A stretch of 64,000 nt of DNA from Alphaproteobacteria bacterium. Lineage in GTDB: Bacteria; Pseudomonadota; Alphaproteobacteria; SMXQ01. The DNA is taken from contig JAYQQF010000004.1 of assembly GCA_038145705.1 (NCBI GenBank), positions 75,523-139,522 on the forward strand, given 5' to 3'. The notes under the pieces were generated by a model. The model was not told where the DNA came from, did no database searches, and was given only the letters and a program-made list of their open reading frames with translations. Below, piece by piece: positions 18,819 to 27,794 of the stretch; the stretch's first letter is position 1, and each line of letters opens with the position of its first letter. The position numbers and the translations under genes were made by a program.

Positions 18819-20066
18819 TTATTTTTCAATGAGTTCTTCTTGCACCGGCGGTGCGCCGAGAATGCGTCCGAGCACCGAAGGCACGGCCAGGGTCGTCACC
18901 AGGGCCATCAGGACAAGCGCCGAATAGACATGATGGGTGGCGCCGCCATGAGCCGGGCCGGCCGCGACCAGGCCCGCCTCCACCGCGATGGACAGAACGA
19001 CCAGTTCCACTGCGCCGCGCGCGCTCATGCCGACGCCGACAGCGGCGGAATCGCGCGGACTTAAACCGGAGATCAGGGCCGGCACCCCTGCCCCTGCCAG
19101 CTTGGTAAGAAAGCCCGCCAGAATGATGACGAGCACGAAGACCGGTTCGAGCAGCAACGCGAAGATATCGATTTGCGCACCGATGGAAGCGAAGAAGACT
19201 GGCGCGAACAGTCCCGCCGTCACGCCGCCGATGACCAGCTTCATGCCTTCGTAGGCGCGCAGGCCCACGCGTTCCGGCTCGAAGAACAGCGCCGCCATGA
19301 ATACGCCTAGGATCCAGTGCATGCCGAGCCATTCGGCAACCAGGGCATAGGCGAAGGCAACGGCCATGAGAACGCTGAGTTCGAGCGCCGTTGCCTGCAG
19401 CGTGTGCAGGCCGCGGCTGACGCGCGGATAGACATGGACCCCGAGGATGGACGTCACCACGAAAAACACGCCGACCTTGCCGAGCAGCCAGGCGATCTCG
19501 CCCAATGCGGGAGCGCCGCCTGTCTTGATGATGGCCGTCAGAACGGCGATCAGGACAAGCCCGATGACGTCGTCGAAAAGCGCTGCGGCGACGATGGTCC
19601 GCCCGACGGCGCTATGCATCAACCCGAGATCGCTGAGTATGCGCGCCGATGCCGGGATCGCAGTGATCGACATTGCAACACCAATGAGCAGCGCGAGGGC
19701 AAACCTGTCGCTGGCGGGCGGCAGAAACATGTAACCGAGGGCGATTCCCGTGCCGAGCGGTACCAGCACCCCGCCAAGGGCGACGAAAAAAGAAGCACCT
19801 GAATGGGCGAGAATTTCCCGAGGCTTCAGTTCGATACCGGCAAGCAGCATGAGAAAGAAAATTCCCGCCGTGGCCGCGTGGTGGAATACCTCGCCCTCCA
19901 GCACCTCGACGAGGAACGGCACATCCTTGCCGAAGGCCGCTGCGGACCCGGCCAGCAGGACTCCGGCAAGGATCTCGCCGATCGTCGATGGCTGGCCGAG
20001 GCGCACTGCCCCCTCGCCGCAAGCGCGCGTCAGAACGATGATGACGAGAAGCTGAAGGAGGACCAT
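18819..20066 (-). CDS. cation:proton antiporter (CPA1/CPA2, Kef/NhaP-type)
   Basis: About 415 aa, 11-13 TM helices, N-terminal LLQLLVIIVLTRACGEGAVRLGQPSTIGEILAGVLLG, the typical antiporter start. Confidence 0.8.
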   Translation of the reverse strand: MVLLQLLVIIVLTRACGEGAVRLGQPSTIGEILAGVLLAGSAAAFGKDVPFLVEVLEGEVFHHAATAGIFFLMLLAGIELKPREILAHSGASFFVALGGVLVPLGTGIALGYMFLPPASDRFALALLIGVAMSITAIPASARILSDLGLMHSAVGRTIVAAALFDDVIGLVLIAVLTAIIKTGGAPALGEIAWLLGKVGVFFVVTSILGVHVYPRVSRGLHTLQATALELSVLMAVAFAYALVAEWLGMHWILGVFMAALFFEPERVGLRAYEGMKLVIGGVTAGLFAPVFFASIGAQIDIFALLLEPVFVLVIILAGFLTKLAGAGVPALISGLSPRDSAAVGVGMSARGAVELVVLSIAVEAGLVAAGPAHGGATHHVYSALVLMALVTTLAVPSVLGRILGAPPVQEELIEK

Positions 20067-20080
20067 GTCCGCCTCTTTTT

Positions 20081-21472
20081 TTACCGGCTATTGGCGAAAA
20101 AACCGCCGCGCACGGCCTCGTCGAACAGATACGCCGCAACCGGTGCGATACCCAGCGGCAGCGAGGGACCATCGGGTTCCATGTAGATGTGGCTGCCCGC
20201 ATCGATCATCGTCAAATGTACCCGCGGCGCGGGACGTAGGGCTTCCAGCATCGGAATGACGACGGCACGAAAAGCCTCCTCGGAGTTATCCCGGCTGAAG
20301 CGCGAGTTGACGAAGTAGATGGGCGGCACCGGACGTGCGTCCCTGCCTGTGCGGTAGCGCCCGTAATCGAGATAGCGTTCGACCAGCGCGCGTGTTTCCG
20401 CCCGCCCGAGGCCGAGCCGGCGCGCCGCGACGCGGGCGGCTTTTGCCAAAGTGCCATCGACATTGTGGGTGACGGGGAATTCAGCCTTGAACTGCGGGCG
20501 CAGCCGCTCCTCTTGCCAGCCGTCCAGGATTTCTTCCATGAGCCAGGGCAGGCGCATCAGCGCCGCGGCACCTTCGCGCCCCAGCGCCTCGGGCCCCGAA
20601 TAGCGCGCCCGGTCGCGCCAGGTACGCAGATAAAGATCGGTGAAGGGATCGTGCAGGACGTCGTCGGGCTCCCTCGGACCGGCCTTGGCGTAGCCCTTGA
20701 TCTTGCCCATTGAACCGGACCACGCGTGCTTGGCGCGGTTGATGACGCCGATGGGCGCGGTTTCCACTTCGGTCTGGCCCGCGCAGTTCTCCAGCCGCTG
20801 GCTCAGGATCGCGGTGAAGGCACCGCCTGTCGAATGGCCATGCAGGTGAACCGAGTATTCGTCGACAGGAAAGTGCCGTCGGCAGGCTTCGAGCATTCCA
20901 TCTTCAAAGGCCACCGGCCAGGCCGCCATGCGTTCGTAAAACAATGTTCCCGGACGCGCGCGCGCGAAAGTGCGGATGCCGTACCGGGCCCGCAGCTTGT
21001 CGTCCCGGACTAGGTCGTACTGATCGCGGGTGATGACTTCGCCCTTTTTCCAGAGCGGCATGCGGGCCAACCCGTCGGCCTCGATGGTGTCTCCGGGCCA
21101 GTCCCGGGACGGATCTGGAAGGTAGAGCCGGCCCGGAAAAGTCATCGACACGATCTTGTAGCCGAAGCGCTGGCTGAGCAGCAGCGCCAGCGCTTCGACC
21201 GACTTGTAATCGCCGTTGCCCCCATGCAGCAGAAAGAAACCGGCCTTGCGGCCATCGGCTCCGCGTGTGACCGGGCCGGCCGGGGTGTAGGTCATGACGC
21301 CGATATCCCAGTCGAGACCGAGCGCGGATATACGAAAGACATCCTCCCGCTGCACGATCTTGCGCCTGCGCCGGCCCATCACCGAACGCGAGAGCGTTTC
21401 AGCCCGCTCCCTGGTGATTTCCGAGGGCAGGCCTGCCCCCGTTTTCACCGCAGATTTACCCCGCTTCGCCAT
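20081..21472 (-). CDS. alpha/beta-hydrolase-fold protein with about 200-aa C-terminal extension
   Basis: FFLLHGGNGD (oxyanion HGG) and HLHGHSTGG (GxSxG nucleophile). GGAGGA lies 7 nt before the ATG. Function unknown. Confidence 0.55.
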   Translation of the reverse strand: MAKRGKSAVKTGAGLPSEITRERAETLSRSVMGRRRRKIVQREDVFRISALGLDWDIGVMTYTPAGPVTRGADGRKAGFFLLHGGNGDYKSVEALALLLSQRFGYKIVSMTFPGRLYLPDPSRDWPGDTIEADGLARMPLWKKGEVITRDQYDLVRDDKLRARYGIRTFARARPGTLFYERMAAWPVAFEDGMLEACRRHFPVDEYSVHLHGHSTGGAFTAILSQRLENCAGQTEVETAPIGVINRAKHAWSGSMGKIKGYAKAGPREPDDVLHDPFTDLYLRTWRDRARYSGPEALGREGAAALMRLPWLMEEILDGWQEERLRPQFKAEFPVTHNVDGTLAKAARVAARRLGLGRAETRALVERYLDYGRYRTGRDARPVPPIYFVNSRFSRDNSEEAFRAVVIPMLEALRPAPRVHLTMIDAGSHIYMEPDGPSLPLGIAPVAAYLFDEAVRGGFFANSR

Positions 21473-21715
21473 CCTTCTATCCTCCGCAGCCCTCTCGCGA
21501 ACCGACCGATTCGTTGTTAGCCGGACGGGTCCGATGCTTCAAGTTTCAACGGAACCGGTCAAAAGGAAAGAAATATCGCTTTGCCATCAATAATTTGCAA
21601 AGATTATGACAAATTTTTTAGTCAGGCTTGATCATGGTCGGAATATCGCTATCCTTTTAAGAAATAATAAGAATCAGAAACGCCCCGCACGCAGAACAGC
21701 TGGGAGTACTTCACA

Positions 21716-23026
21716 ATGAAAATCGTCCGGAAAATACGTAACTATTCTATGGCAGTGCTTGCCATGACGTCTGGTTTTGCTTTGGCAGCCCATGCCGATG
21801 CAATTTCTGACTTCTACAAAGGCAAGGATATCGTGGTCTATGTCGGCTCCGGCCCCGGGGGCGGGTACGACACCTACGCCCGCATGATGGGCCGCCACAT
21901 GGGCCGCCACATCCCAAGCAACCCCAACTTCATCGTCAAGAACATGGATGGCGCGGGTTCGATCATCGCTGCCAACTATGTCTATAACGTCGCCCCCCAG
22001 GACGGCACCGTGATCGCGGCGTTGCAGCGCAACGCACCCATCGTGCAGATCATGGGCCAGAAGGGCCCGAAGTTCGAGGCGACCAAGTTCAACTGGCTCG
22101 GCAGCTTCAACAACGAAGTCGGCATCATTGCCGTTGCCAAGCGGACCGGCGTCAAGAAGTTCGAGGACCTGTACGGAAAGGAAGTGCTGTTCGGCTCTAC
22201 CGGCCCGAACGACACGGAATTCTATCCTGCGCTGATCGCCAACACGCTGGCGGCGAAGGTCCGCCTGATCAAGGGCTATCCGTCCACGCCGCCGACCCAT
22301 CTCGCGATGGAGCGCGGCGAGGTCGATGCAATCAGCCAGTCCTGGGCGTCCTTCACGCACCAGTCGAACCTCTATTCGAAGGGCGAGATGGTGCTGCTGG
22401 CCCAGCTGTCGCTGAAGCCGCTGCCCGAACTCAAGGCCAAGGGCGTACCGCTGCTGATGGATCTCGTCGACGAGAAGCACCTGCAGCCCGGGTACACCAA
22501 GGAGCAGGTTCAGACACTCTACCGCCTGCTGATGGCAACCAAGACGATGGGCCGTCCCTTCGCGCTTGGCCCCAAGGTTCCGGCCGACAAGGTCAAGGTT
22601 CTGCGTACCGCCTTCAACAAGACGACCGAAGACAAGAAGTTCGTCGATGAGGCCAACAAGCAGAGCCGCGACCTCAGCCTCGTCACCGGCGATGAAATCC
22701 AGGACATCGTCGAGAAAATGGCCTCGGCTCCCAAGGAGGTTCTTGAAAAGCTCGAATACGTGAGCCAGTGGCACGGCCCGGTCAAGACCGCCAAGGTCGA
22801 GATTCCGAAGCACACCGGCAAGATCACCAAGATCGAAAAAGGTGGGCGCAAGATCACCGTCGATGCCGAAGGCAAGAAGGTATCGGCGAAGATTTCCGGC
22901 TCGCGCACCAAGATCAAGGTGGGCGGCAAGGCCGCCAAGCGTTCGGCATTCAAGGAAGGCATGACGTGTTCGATCAGCCTGCCGCCCGGCTCCAAGGAAG
23001 CCACGGCAGTCGACTGCAAGGGCTGA
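21716..23026 (+). CDS. TctC/Bug-like periplasmic solute-binding protein paralogue with about 85-aa Lys-rich C-terminal extension
   Basis: Signal peptide, DFYKGKDIVVYVGSGPGGGYDTYARMMGRHMG (Bug-like phosphate/carboxylate clamp), then an extra C-terminal domain HGPVKTAKVEIPK...CSISLPPGSKEATAVDCKG. Family assignment is distant. Confidence 0.55.
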   Translation: MKIVRKIRNYSMAVLAMTSGFALAAHADAISDFYKGKDIVVYVGSGPGGGYDTYARMMGRHMGRHIPSNPNFIVKNMDGAGSIIAANYVYNVAPQDGTVIAALQRNAPIVQIMGQKGPKFEATKFNWLGSFNNEVGIIAVAKRTGVKKFEDLYGKEVLFGSTGPNDTEFYPALIANTLAAKVRLIKGYPSTPPTHLAMERGEVDAISQSWASFTHQSNLYSKGEMVLLAQLSLKPLPELKAKGVPLLMDLVDEKHLQPGYTKEQVQTLYRLLMATKTMGRPFALGPKVPADKVKVLRTAFNKTTEDKKFVDEANKQSRDLSLVTGDEIQDIVEKMASAPKEVLEKLEYVSQWHGPVKTAKVEIPKHTGKITKIEKGGRKITVDAEGKKVSAKISGSRTKIKVGGKAAKRSAFKEGMTCSISLPPGSKEATAVDCKG

Positions 23027-23199
23027 TCCACCCCCATAAAATCCGCGGCTTTCGCGGCCCTTCGGCACCCCCGGTTTTCCGGGGGTGCCTTTTTTGCGCC
23101 ACTTTGTAGCCCTATAGCCACAGCCAGCTTGCGTCCCCTCATGGGGCCGGTTAGAACCGCCAATCCGGTTCTTTCTCTCAATTCACTAGGGAGTCTTCC

Positions 23200-24507
23200 A
23201 TGCGTTTCACCCACATCATGACCGCTGCTGCAGCCCTGTGCGGCATGTTTGCAGCAGGCCCTGCCTCTGCCGATGCCATTGCCGATTTCTACAAGGGCAA
23301 GCGTATCCAGTTGCTGGTCGGTTCCGGCCCGGGCGGCGGCTACGACGTCTATGCGCGCATGCTGTCGCGCCACATGGGCCGCCATATCCCCGGCAACCCG
23401 GGCTTCCTCGTGAAGAACATGGAAGGCGCCGGCTCGATCGTCATGGCGAACTACGTCTTCAACGTCGCGCCCAAGGACGGCTCCGTGATCGCCGGCATGC
23501 AGCGCAACGCGGCGATGGCCGAGTTGATGGGCCAGAAGGGTCCGAAGTTCAAGTCGGTCGAACTCAACTGGCTGGGCAGCCTTGCCGACGAACCGGGCGC
23601 CTGCGCCATTGCCACGCGCACCAACGTCAAGTCGTTCGAAGAAGTCTTCACCCGCACCTTCATCATGGGTGGCACGGGCCCGAACGACACCGAAATCAAC
23701 CCGGCGCTCATCAATAACGCGCTCGGCGGCAAGTTCCGCCTGATCAAGGGCTATCCCTCGACGCCGCCTATCCACCTCGCGATCGAGCGCGGTGAAGTGG
23801 ACGGCATCTGCCAGTCTTGGGCGTCGCTCAGCGATCAGGGCGGCCCGATGATCCGTGCGGGCACGCTGAAGCCGATCATCCAGCTGACCATCAAGCCGGT
23901 GCCTGAACTCTCCAAGATGGGCGTGCCGACCATTTTCGACGTGATCAAGACCGGCAAGCACCTCGGTGCCGGCGTCACCCAGGAAGAGGCTTCCGCCTAC
24001 TTCCAGATCCTGATGGGCGTGCGCGTCATGGGTCGCCCGTTCGCGATGGCGGCAAAGGTCCCGGCCGACCGCGTCAAGGCGATGCGCGTGGCTTTCGATG
24101 CCACCGCCAAGGACGCCCAGTTCCAGGCAGAAGCGAAGAAACTCAAGCGTGACGTGGACCTCATCACCGGCGACGAAATCCAGAAGATCGTCGCCGAAAT
24201 GGCGGCCCAGCCCAAGTCGGCGCTGGCCAAGCTCGACGACATGCTGAAGTTCAAGGGCCCCACCCAGACCGCCAAGGTCGAACAGCCCAAGTTCTCGGGC
24301 AAGATCTCGAAGGTCATCGAGGGCGGGCGCAAGATCGCGCTCAGCGTCGGCGGCAAGGACGTGCAGACCGGCATTTCCGGTTCGCGCACCAAGATCACCG
24401 TCGCCGGCAAGGCGGCCAACCGCAGCGCTTTCAAGGAAGGCATGGAGTGCAACGTCACCCTGCCGAACGAAGGCGCCAAGGAAGCCGCCAACGTGGACTG
24501 CAAGTAG
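23200..24507 (+). CDS. TctC/Bug-like periplasmic solute-binding protein paralogue with the same Lys-rich C-terminal extension
   Basis: Tandem paralogue of the previous gene: ADFYKGKRIQLLVGSGPGGGYDVYARMLSRHMG, C-terminal FKGPTQTAKVEQPK...CNVTLPNEGAKEAANVDCK. GGGAG ribosome-binding site. Confidence 0.55.
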   Translation: MRFTHIMTAAAALCGMFAAGPASADAIADFYKGKRIQLLVGSGPGGGYDVYARMLSRHMGRHIPGNPGFLVKNMEGAGSIVMANYVFNVAPKDGSVIAGMQRNAAMAELMGQKGPKFKSVELNWLGSLADEPGACAIATRTNVKSFEEVFTRTFIMGGTGPNDTEINPALINNALGGKFRLIKGYPSTPPIHLAIERGEVDGICQSWASLSDQGGPMIRAGTLKPIIQLTIKPVPELSKMGVPTIFDVIKTGKHLGAGVTQEEASAYFQILMGVRVMGRPFAMAAKVPADRVKAMRVAFDATAKDAQFQAEAKKLKRDVDLITGDEIQKIVAEMAAQPKSALAKLDDMLKFKGPTQTAKVEQPKFSGKISKVIEGGRKIALSVGGKDVQTGISGSRTKITVAGKAANRSAFKEGMECNVTLPNEGAKEAANVDCK

Positions 24508-24528
24508 CCGGTCCGACGCAGTTATAGT

Positions 24529-24563
24529 AAAAACGGGTGGCCGGACCGGCCACCCGTTTTTCT
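24529..24563 (+). terminator. rho-independent terminator after Bug-like tandem
   Basis: Perfect 12-bp palindrome acgggtggccgg-a-ccggccacccgt followed by ttttt. Confidence 0.7.
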
Positions 24564-24584
24564 TTCAGGGGAAGGAATCGAACC

Positions 24585-25316
24585 ATGCGTCAACTGATCG
24601 CCTGCGTCTTTGCCCTGTGTTTTGCGCTGCCCGCCATGGGCGCCGAATTCAGCTATAAAACCGGCCCCAAGGAAATGCGGGTCGATGTCTATGCCCCCGA
24701 AGGCAAGACGCCGCGCGCGCTTGTTCTCGTGCTGCATACGAGCGGTGGCTTGCAGTCGGCCGACACGGACTATGCGAAGAAACTGGTGGCACAAGGGTAC
24801 GCTGCGGCAGTGCCGCATTTTCTCGATGCCTACGGCATCACACCCCAGCAGCGCCGTCACACCTGGACGAATTACCGCGATACGTTTACCGGGGAATTCT
24901 CGCGCATCGCCGACGAGGTCTCGGCGCGCCTCAAGACCGATCGCGCGCGGGTGCTCGCCGTCGGGTTTTCCAACGGCGGTTACTGGGCGGCCTATCTCGC
25001 CGGCAAGGGCGTGATCAAGGCGGGTGTCTGCTATTACGGCGCGCTGACCGAAGCGGGCAACGACCGCGAACTCGAACATCTCGGCGGGGCCCTGAAAGGT
25101 CGCCCCGTGCCGGTGCTCATCATGCACGGCACGGCCGACGACACGGTGCCCGTCGGTGCCGCGCGGCGCCTGCAGAAACAGATCCAGGGCAATCCCAGCG
25201 CGGTCGTGATCTACGAAGGCGCCGAGCACCGTTTTGAACGCGAAAGCGGCGCGGCCAACGAAAAAGCCACCGCCGACGCCTGGAAACGCACCCTCGATTT
25301 CCTTGCCGCGCAGTAA
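24585..25316 (+). CDS. dienelactone hydrolase family protein (secreted)
   Basis: Signal peptide MRQLIACVFALCFALPAMGA, GFSNGGYWAAYLA nucleophile elbow, and HGTADDTVP. GGAAGGA ribosome-binding site. Confidence 0.75.
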   Translation: MRQLIACVFALCFALPAMGAEFSYKTGPKEMRVDVYAPEGKTPRALVLVLHTSGGLQSADTDYAKKLVAQGYAAAVPHFLDAYGITPQQRRHTWTNYRDTFTGEFSRIADEVSARLKTDRARVLAVGFSNGGYWAAYLAGKGVIKAGVCYYGALTEAGNDRELEHLGGALKGRPVPVLIMHGTADDTVPVGAARRLQKQIQGNPSAVVIYEGAEHRFERESGAANEKATADAWKRTLDFLAAQ

Positions 25317-25385
25317 CCAAACGGGGCTGGCCATCGGCAGCCTGCTTCGCTAAAACCGGGGCGCGAGAAACCCGAGGAGAGCCCG

Positions 25386-26384
25386 ATGGCCGACGCCGCA
25401 CCCACGACCTTTACCTGGATCACCGAGGCCGAAGTCGTATCCTTGATCAACCTGTCCGGCGTCATCAATGCGCTGGAAGATGCGCTCCGCCTCGAATACG
25501 AGGGCAAGGCGAAAAACCTGCGCAAGGGCCAGACGGCGTGGACAGGGGGCAGCCTTAACATCACCGGTGCGCAGTTCACCGGCGTCGGCTTTTCCGGCGC
25601 GAAGGTGTGGACGAACGTCGGCGGAAAATCGGCACCGCTCGTCCTGCTGCACGGATCGAGCGACGGCCAGCTGAAGGCGATCATTGAAGCGGTGGCGCTG
25701 GGCCAGATGCGCACCGCGGCGCTGGCTGCCGTCGCCACCAAGTATCTCGCTGCCGAAGGCGCCGATGACATGGCGGTTGTAGGTTCCGGCAAGCAGTCAA
25801 TGACCCAGGTTGCCGCCGTCAACGCGGTACGGCCACTCAAGCGCCTGCGCGTGTATTCACCGACGCCCGAGAATCGCGCCCGTTTCGCCGCCGAGGTACG
25901 CGCAAAATACGGCTTCGAAGTGGTCGAGCGCGACTCGGTCGAGGCTTGCGTCAAGGACGCGCCAATCGTCACCACCGTCACGCGCGCCAAGGAACCGTTC
26001 CTTACCGCCGACATGCTGTCGCCCGGCACCCACCTGAATGCCGCAGGCGCGATCATCACGGGCTTTGCCGAAATCACCGCCGATGTCGTTGCCCGCGCCG
26101 ACCGCGTGGTGGTCGACAGCCTCGAAGGATGCCGCGCCGATAGCCGCGAGCTGCAGTCCTTCTACGACGGCGAGGGCGGCGACTGGAACGACGTCATCGA
26201 ACTGAAGAACATCGTCGGCAAGGGCGCGAAACGGCCCGCCGGCGCCGACCTGACCCTGTTCAAGTGGATGGGCGTCGGCCTCGCCGACCTCGCCGCCGGG
26301 ATCGAGATCCTGAAGCGCGCCAGGGCAAAGGGCGCCGGCCGCGAGCTGCCGCACCCGGGCCGTGCCCCGGTCAATCTCAGCTGA
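25386..26384 (+). CDS. ornithine cyclodeaminase / mu-crystallin family protein
   Basis: About 332 aa with MAVVGSGKQS (Rossmann GxGxQ) and the OCD/mu-crystallin architecture. GAGGAGAG ribosome-binding site. Confidence 0.8.
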   Translation: MADAAPTTFTWITEAEVVSLINLSGVINALEDALRLEYEGKAKNLRKGQTAWTGGSLNITGAQFTGVGFSGAKVWTNVGGKSAPLVLLHGSSDGQLKAIIEAVALGQMRTAALAAVATKYLAAEGADDMAVVGSGKQSMTQVAAVNAVRPLKRLRVYSPTPENRARFAAEVRAKYGFEVVERDSVEACVKDAPIVTTVTRAKEPFLTADMLSPGTHLNAAGAIITGFAEITADVVARADRVVVDSLEGCRADSRELQSFYDGEGGDWNDVIELKNIVGKGAKRPAGADLTLFKWMGVGLADLAAGIEILKRARAKGAGRELPHPGRAPVNLS

Positions 26385-26401
26385 ACACGAGGGAGGCGAG
26401 G

Positions 26402-26902
26402 ATGGAAAAGGTCATGTTCGGTGCGGGATGTTTCTGGGGGGTCGAATCGGCCTTTCGCCAGATACCGGGCGTGGAAGAAGCCATCTGCGGCTATTCCGGC
26501 GGCCACACCGACAACCCTACCTACCGCGAGGTCTGCGGACACGGCACCGGCCATGCCGAGGTCGTCGAGGTGACCTTCGATCCCAAGGTGCTCTCTTTCG
26601 AGCACCTGTGCGAAGCCTTCTTCGCCATTCACGATCCCACCCAGCTCAACCGCCAGGGGCCCGACATCGGCGACCAGTACCGCTCCGCCATTTTCTTTTA
26701 CGACGACGCCCAGAAGGCCACCGCGACGGCGGTGCGCGACCGTCTCGAAGCGGCGCGCCGCTTCCCGCGGCCCATTGTCACCGAGATTTCACCGGCCGCG
26801 ACGTTCTGGCGGGCGGAGGAATATCACCAGCGATATTTCGAAAAGCATGGCGGCGCCCACTGCCATTTCGTGCCGCCGGAATTCACGCGCCGGCGCCACT
26901 GA
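26402..26902 (+). CDS. msrA: peptide methionine sulfoxide reductase MsrA
   Basis: MFGAGCFWGVE is the MsrA active site and GHGTGHAEVVEVTFDP the MsrA core. GGAGG ribosome-binding site. Confidence 0.9.
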   Translation: MEKVMFGAGCFWGVESAFRQIPGVEEAICGYSGGHTDNPTYREVCGHGTGHAEVVEVTFDPKVLSFEHLCEAFFAIHDPTQLNRQGPDIGDQYRSAIFFYDDAQKATATAVRDRLEAARRFPRPIVTEISPAATFWRAEEYHQRYFEKHGGAHCHFVPPEFTRRRH

Positions 26903-27784
26903 TCACGGCGCCTCGAAGCCGTAAAGCCTCGCCGGATTATCGGCGAGAACAAGTTTCTGAATATTTTCATCAGGCGCGACGGCCCCAACGAAGTCGAGCA
27001 CGTCGGCATCGTCGGGCACCTCGCCGTCGAATGTCGGATGCGGCCAGTTGAGGCCCCAGATGATGCGATCAGGCCGTGCCGCCACCAGCGCCGCCACCGG
27101 GACCACCAAGTCGGCATAGCCCGGCGGGCCGGCGCGCGATGCATTGTAGACGCCATAGATATTGAGCCAGGCATCCTCGCAATCGCGCAAGTGTCGCGCC
27201 ACCGCATCGAAGGCCGCCGTTCCCGGAAGATCGGCCGGGCCAAGATTGGCGATGCTGTCGAGGCTGTGGGGAATCGGCAGGCGCCCGAGGACGGGCAGAA
27301 GATCGATTACCTCCGCCGCGTCGCGCAGGTGAATTTCCACGTGCCAGCCGAGGTCTTTCACCCGCGCGGCAAGGCGGATCAGATGTTCCGGCCCCATGCC
27401 GCCGACCGAACGGGTCGAGATGCGAAAACCGGTCATGCCGCCAGCGGCAAGATGTTCGAGCTCATTGTCCGTGATCTCGGGCTGGACCAGGGCCAGCCCC
27501 TTGAAGGCCCCCTTCGCCGCGGCGATGGCGGCCAGCGTCGGCTCGTTATCGAGGAGCGCGCTGCCGGTGACGATCACCCCGCGCGCGAGGCCGAGCCGCG
27601 CCGCCGTGGCGCGGTATCGGTCGAGCCCCGCATCGACCGGCGTATAGCGGCGCTTCGCACGGTAGGCGACGCCATCTTCGTAGATGTGAAAATGGGTATC
27701 GCAGGCGCCGGCCGGAACCCTGATGCGAGGGGCACGGCCATCGCGCCGCGGCGGGCGCAGCGGGCGGGGCGCGTCCTCGCTCAC
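26903..27784 (-). CDS. amidohydrolase-2 family metal-dependent hydrolase (LigI / decarboxylase-like)
   Basis: GACDTHFHIY is the N-terminal HxH metal site of PF04909-type TIM-barrel hydrolases. GTG start. Stop abuts the msrA stop. Confidence 0.7.
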   Translation of the reverse strand: MSEDAPRPLRPPRRDGRAPRIRVPAGACDTHFHIYEDGVAYRAKRRYTPVDAGLDRYRATAARLGLARGVIVTGSALLDNEPTLAAIAAAKGAFKGLALVQPEITDNELEHLAAGGMTGFRISTRSVGGMGPEHLIRLAARVKDLGWHVEIHLRDAAEVIDLLPVLGRLPIPHSLDSIANLGPADLPGTAAFDAVARHLRDCEDAWLNIYGVYNASRAGPPGYADLVVPVAALVAARPDRIIWGLNWPHPTFDGEVPDDADVLDFVGAVAPDENIQKLVLADNPARLYGFEAP

Positions 27785-27794
27785 CGCGCGGGCC

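Noticed and set aside
21674-23961. Two long minus-strand ORFs (21674..23068, 22519..23961) over the Bug-like tandem
   Set aside because: Antisense artefacts. The plus-strand genes have signal peptides, ribosome-binding sites and family motifs, while the minus-strand products are repetitive Asp/Gly/Arg/Leu strings.
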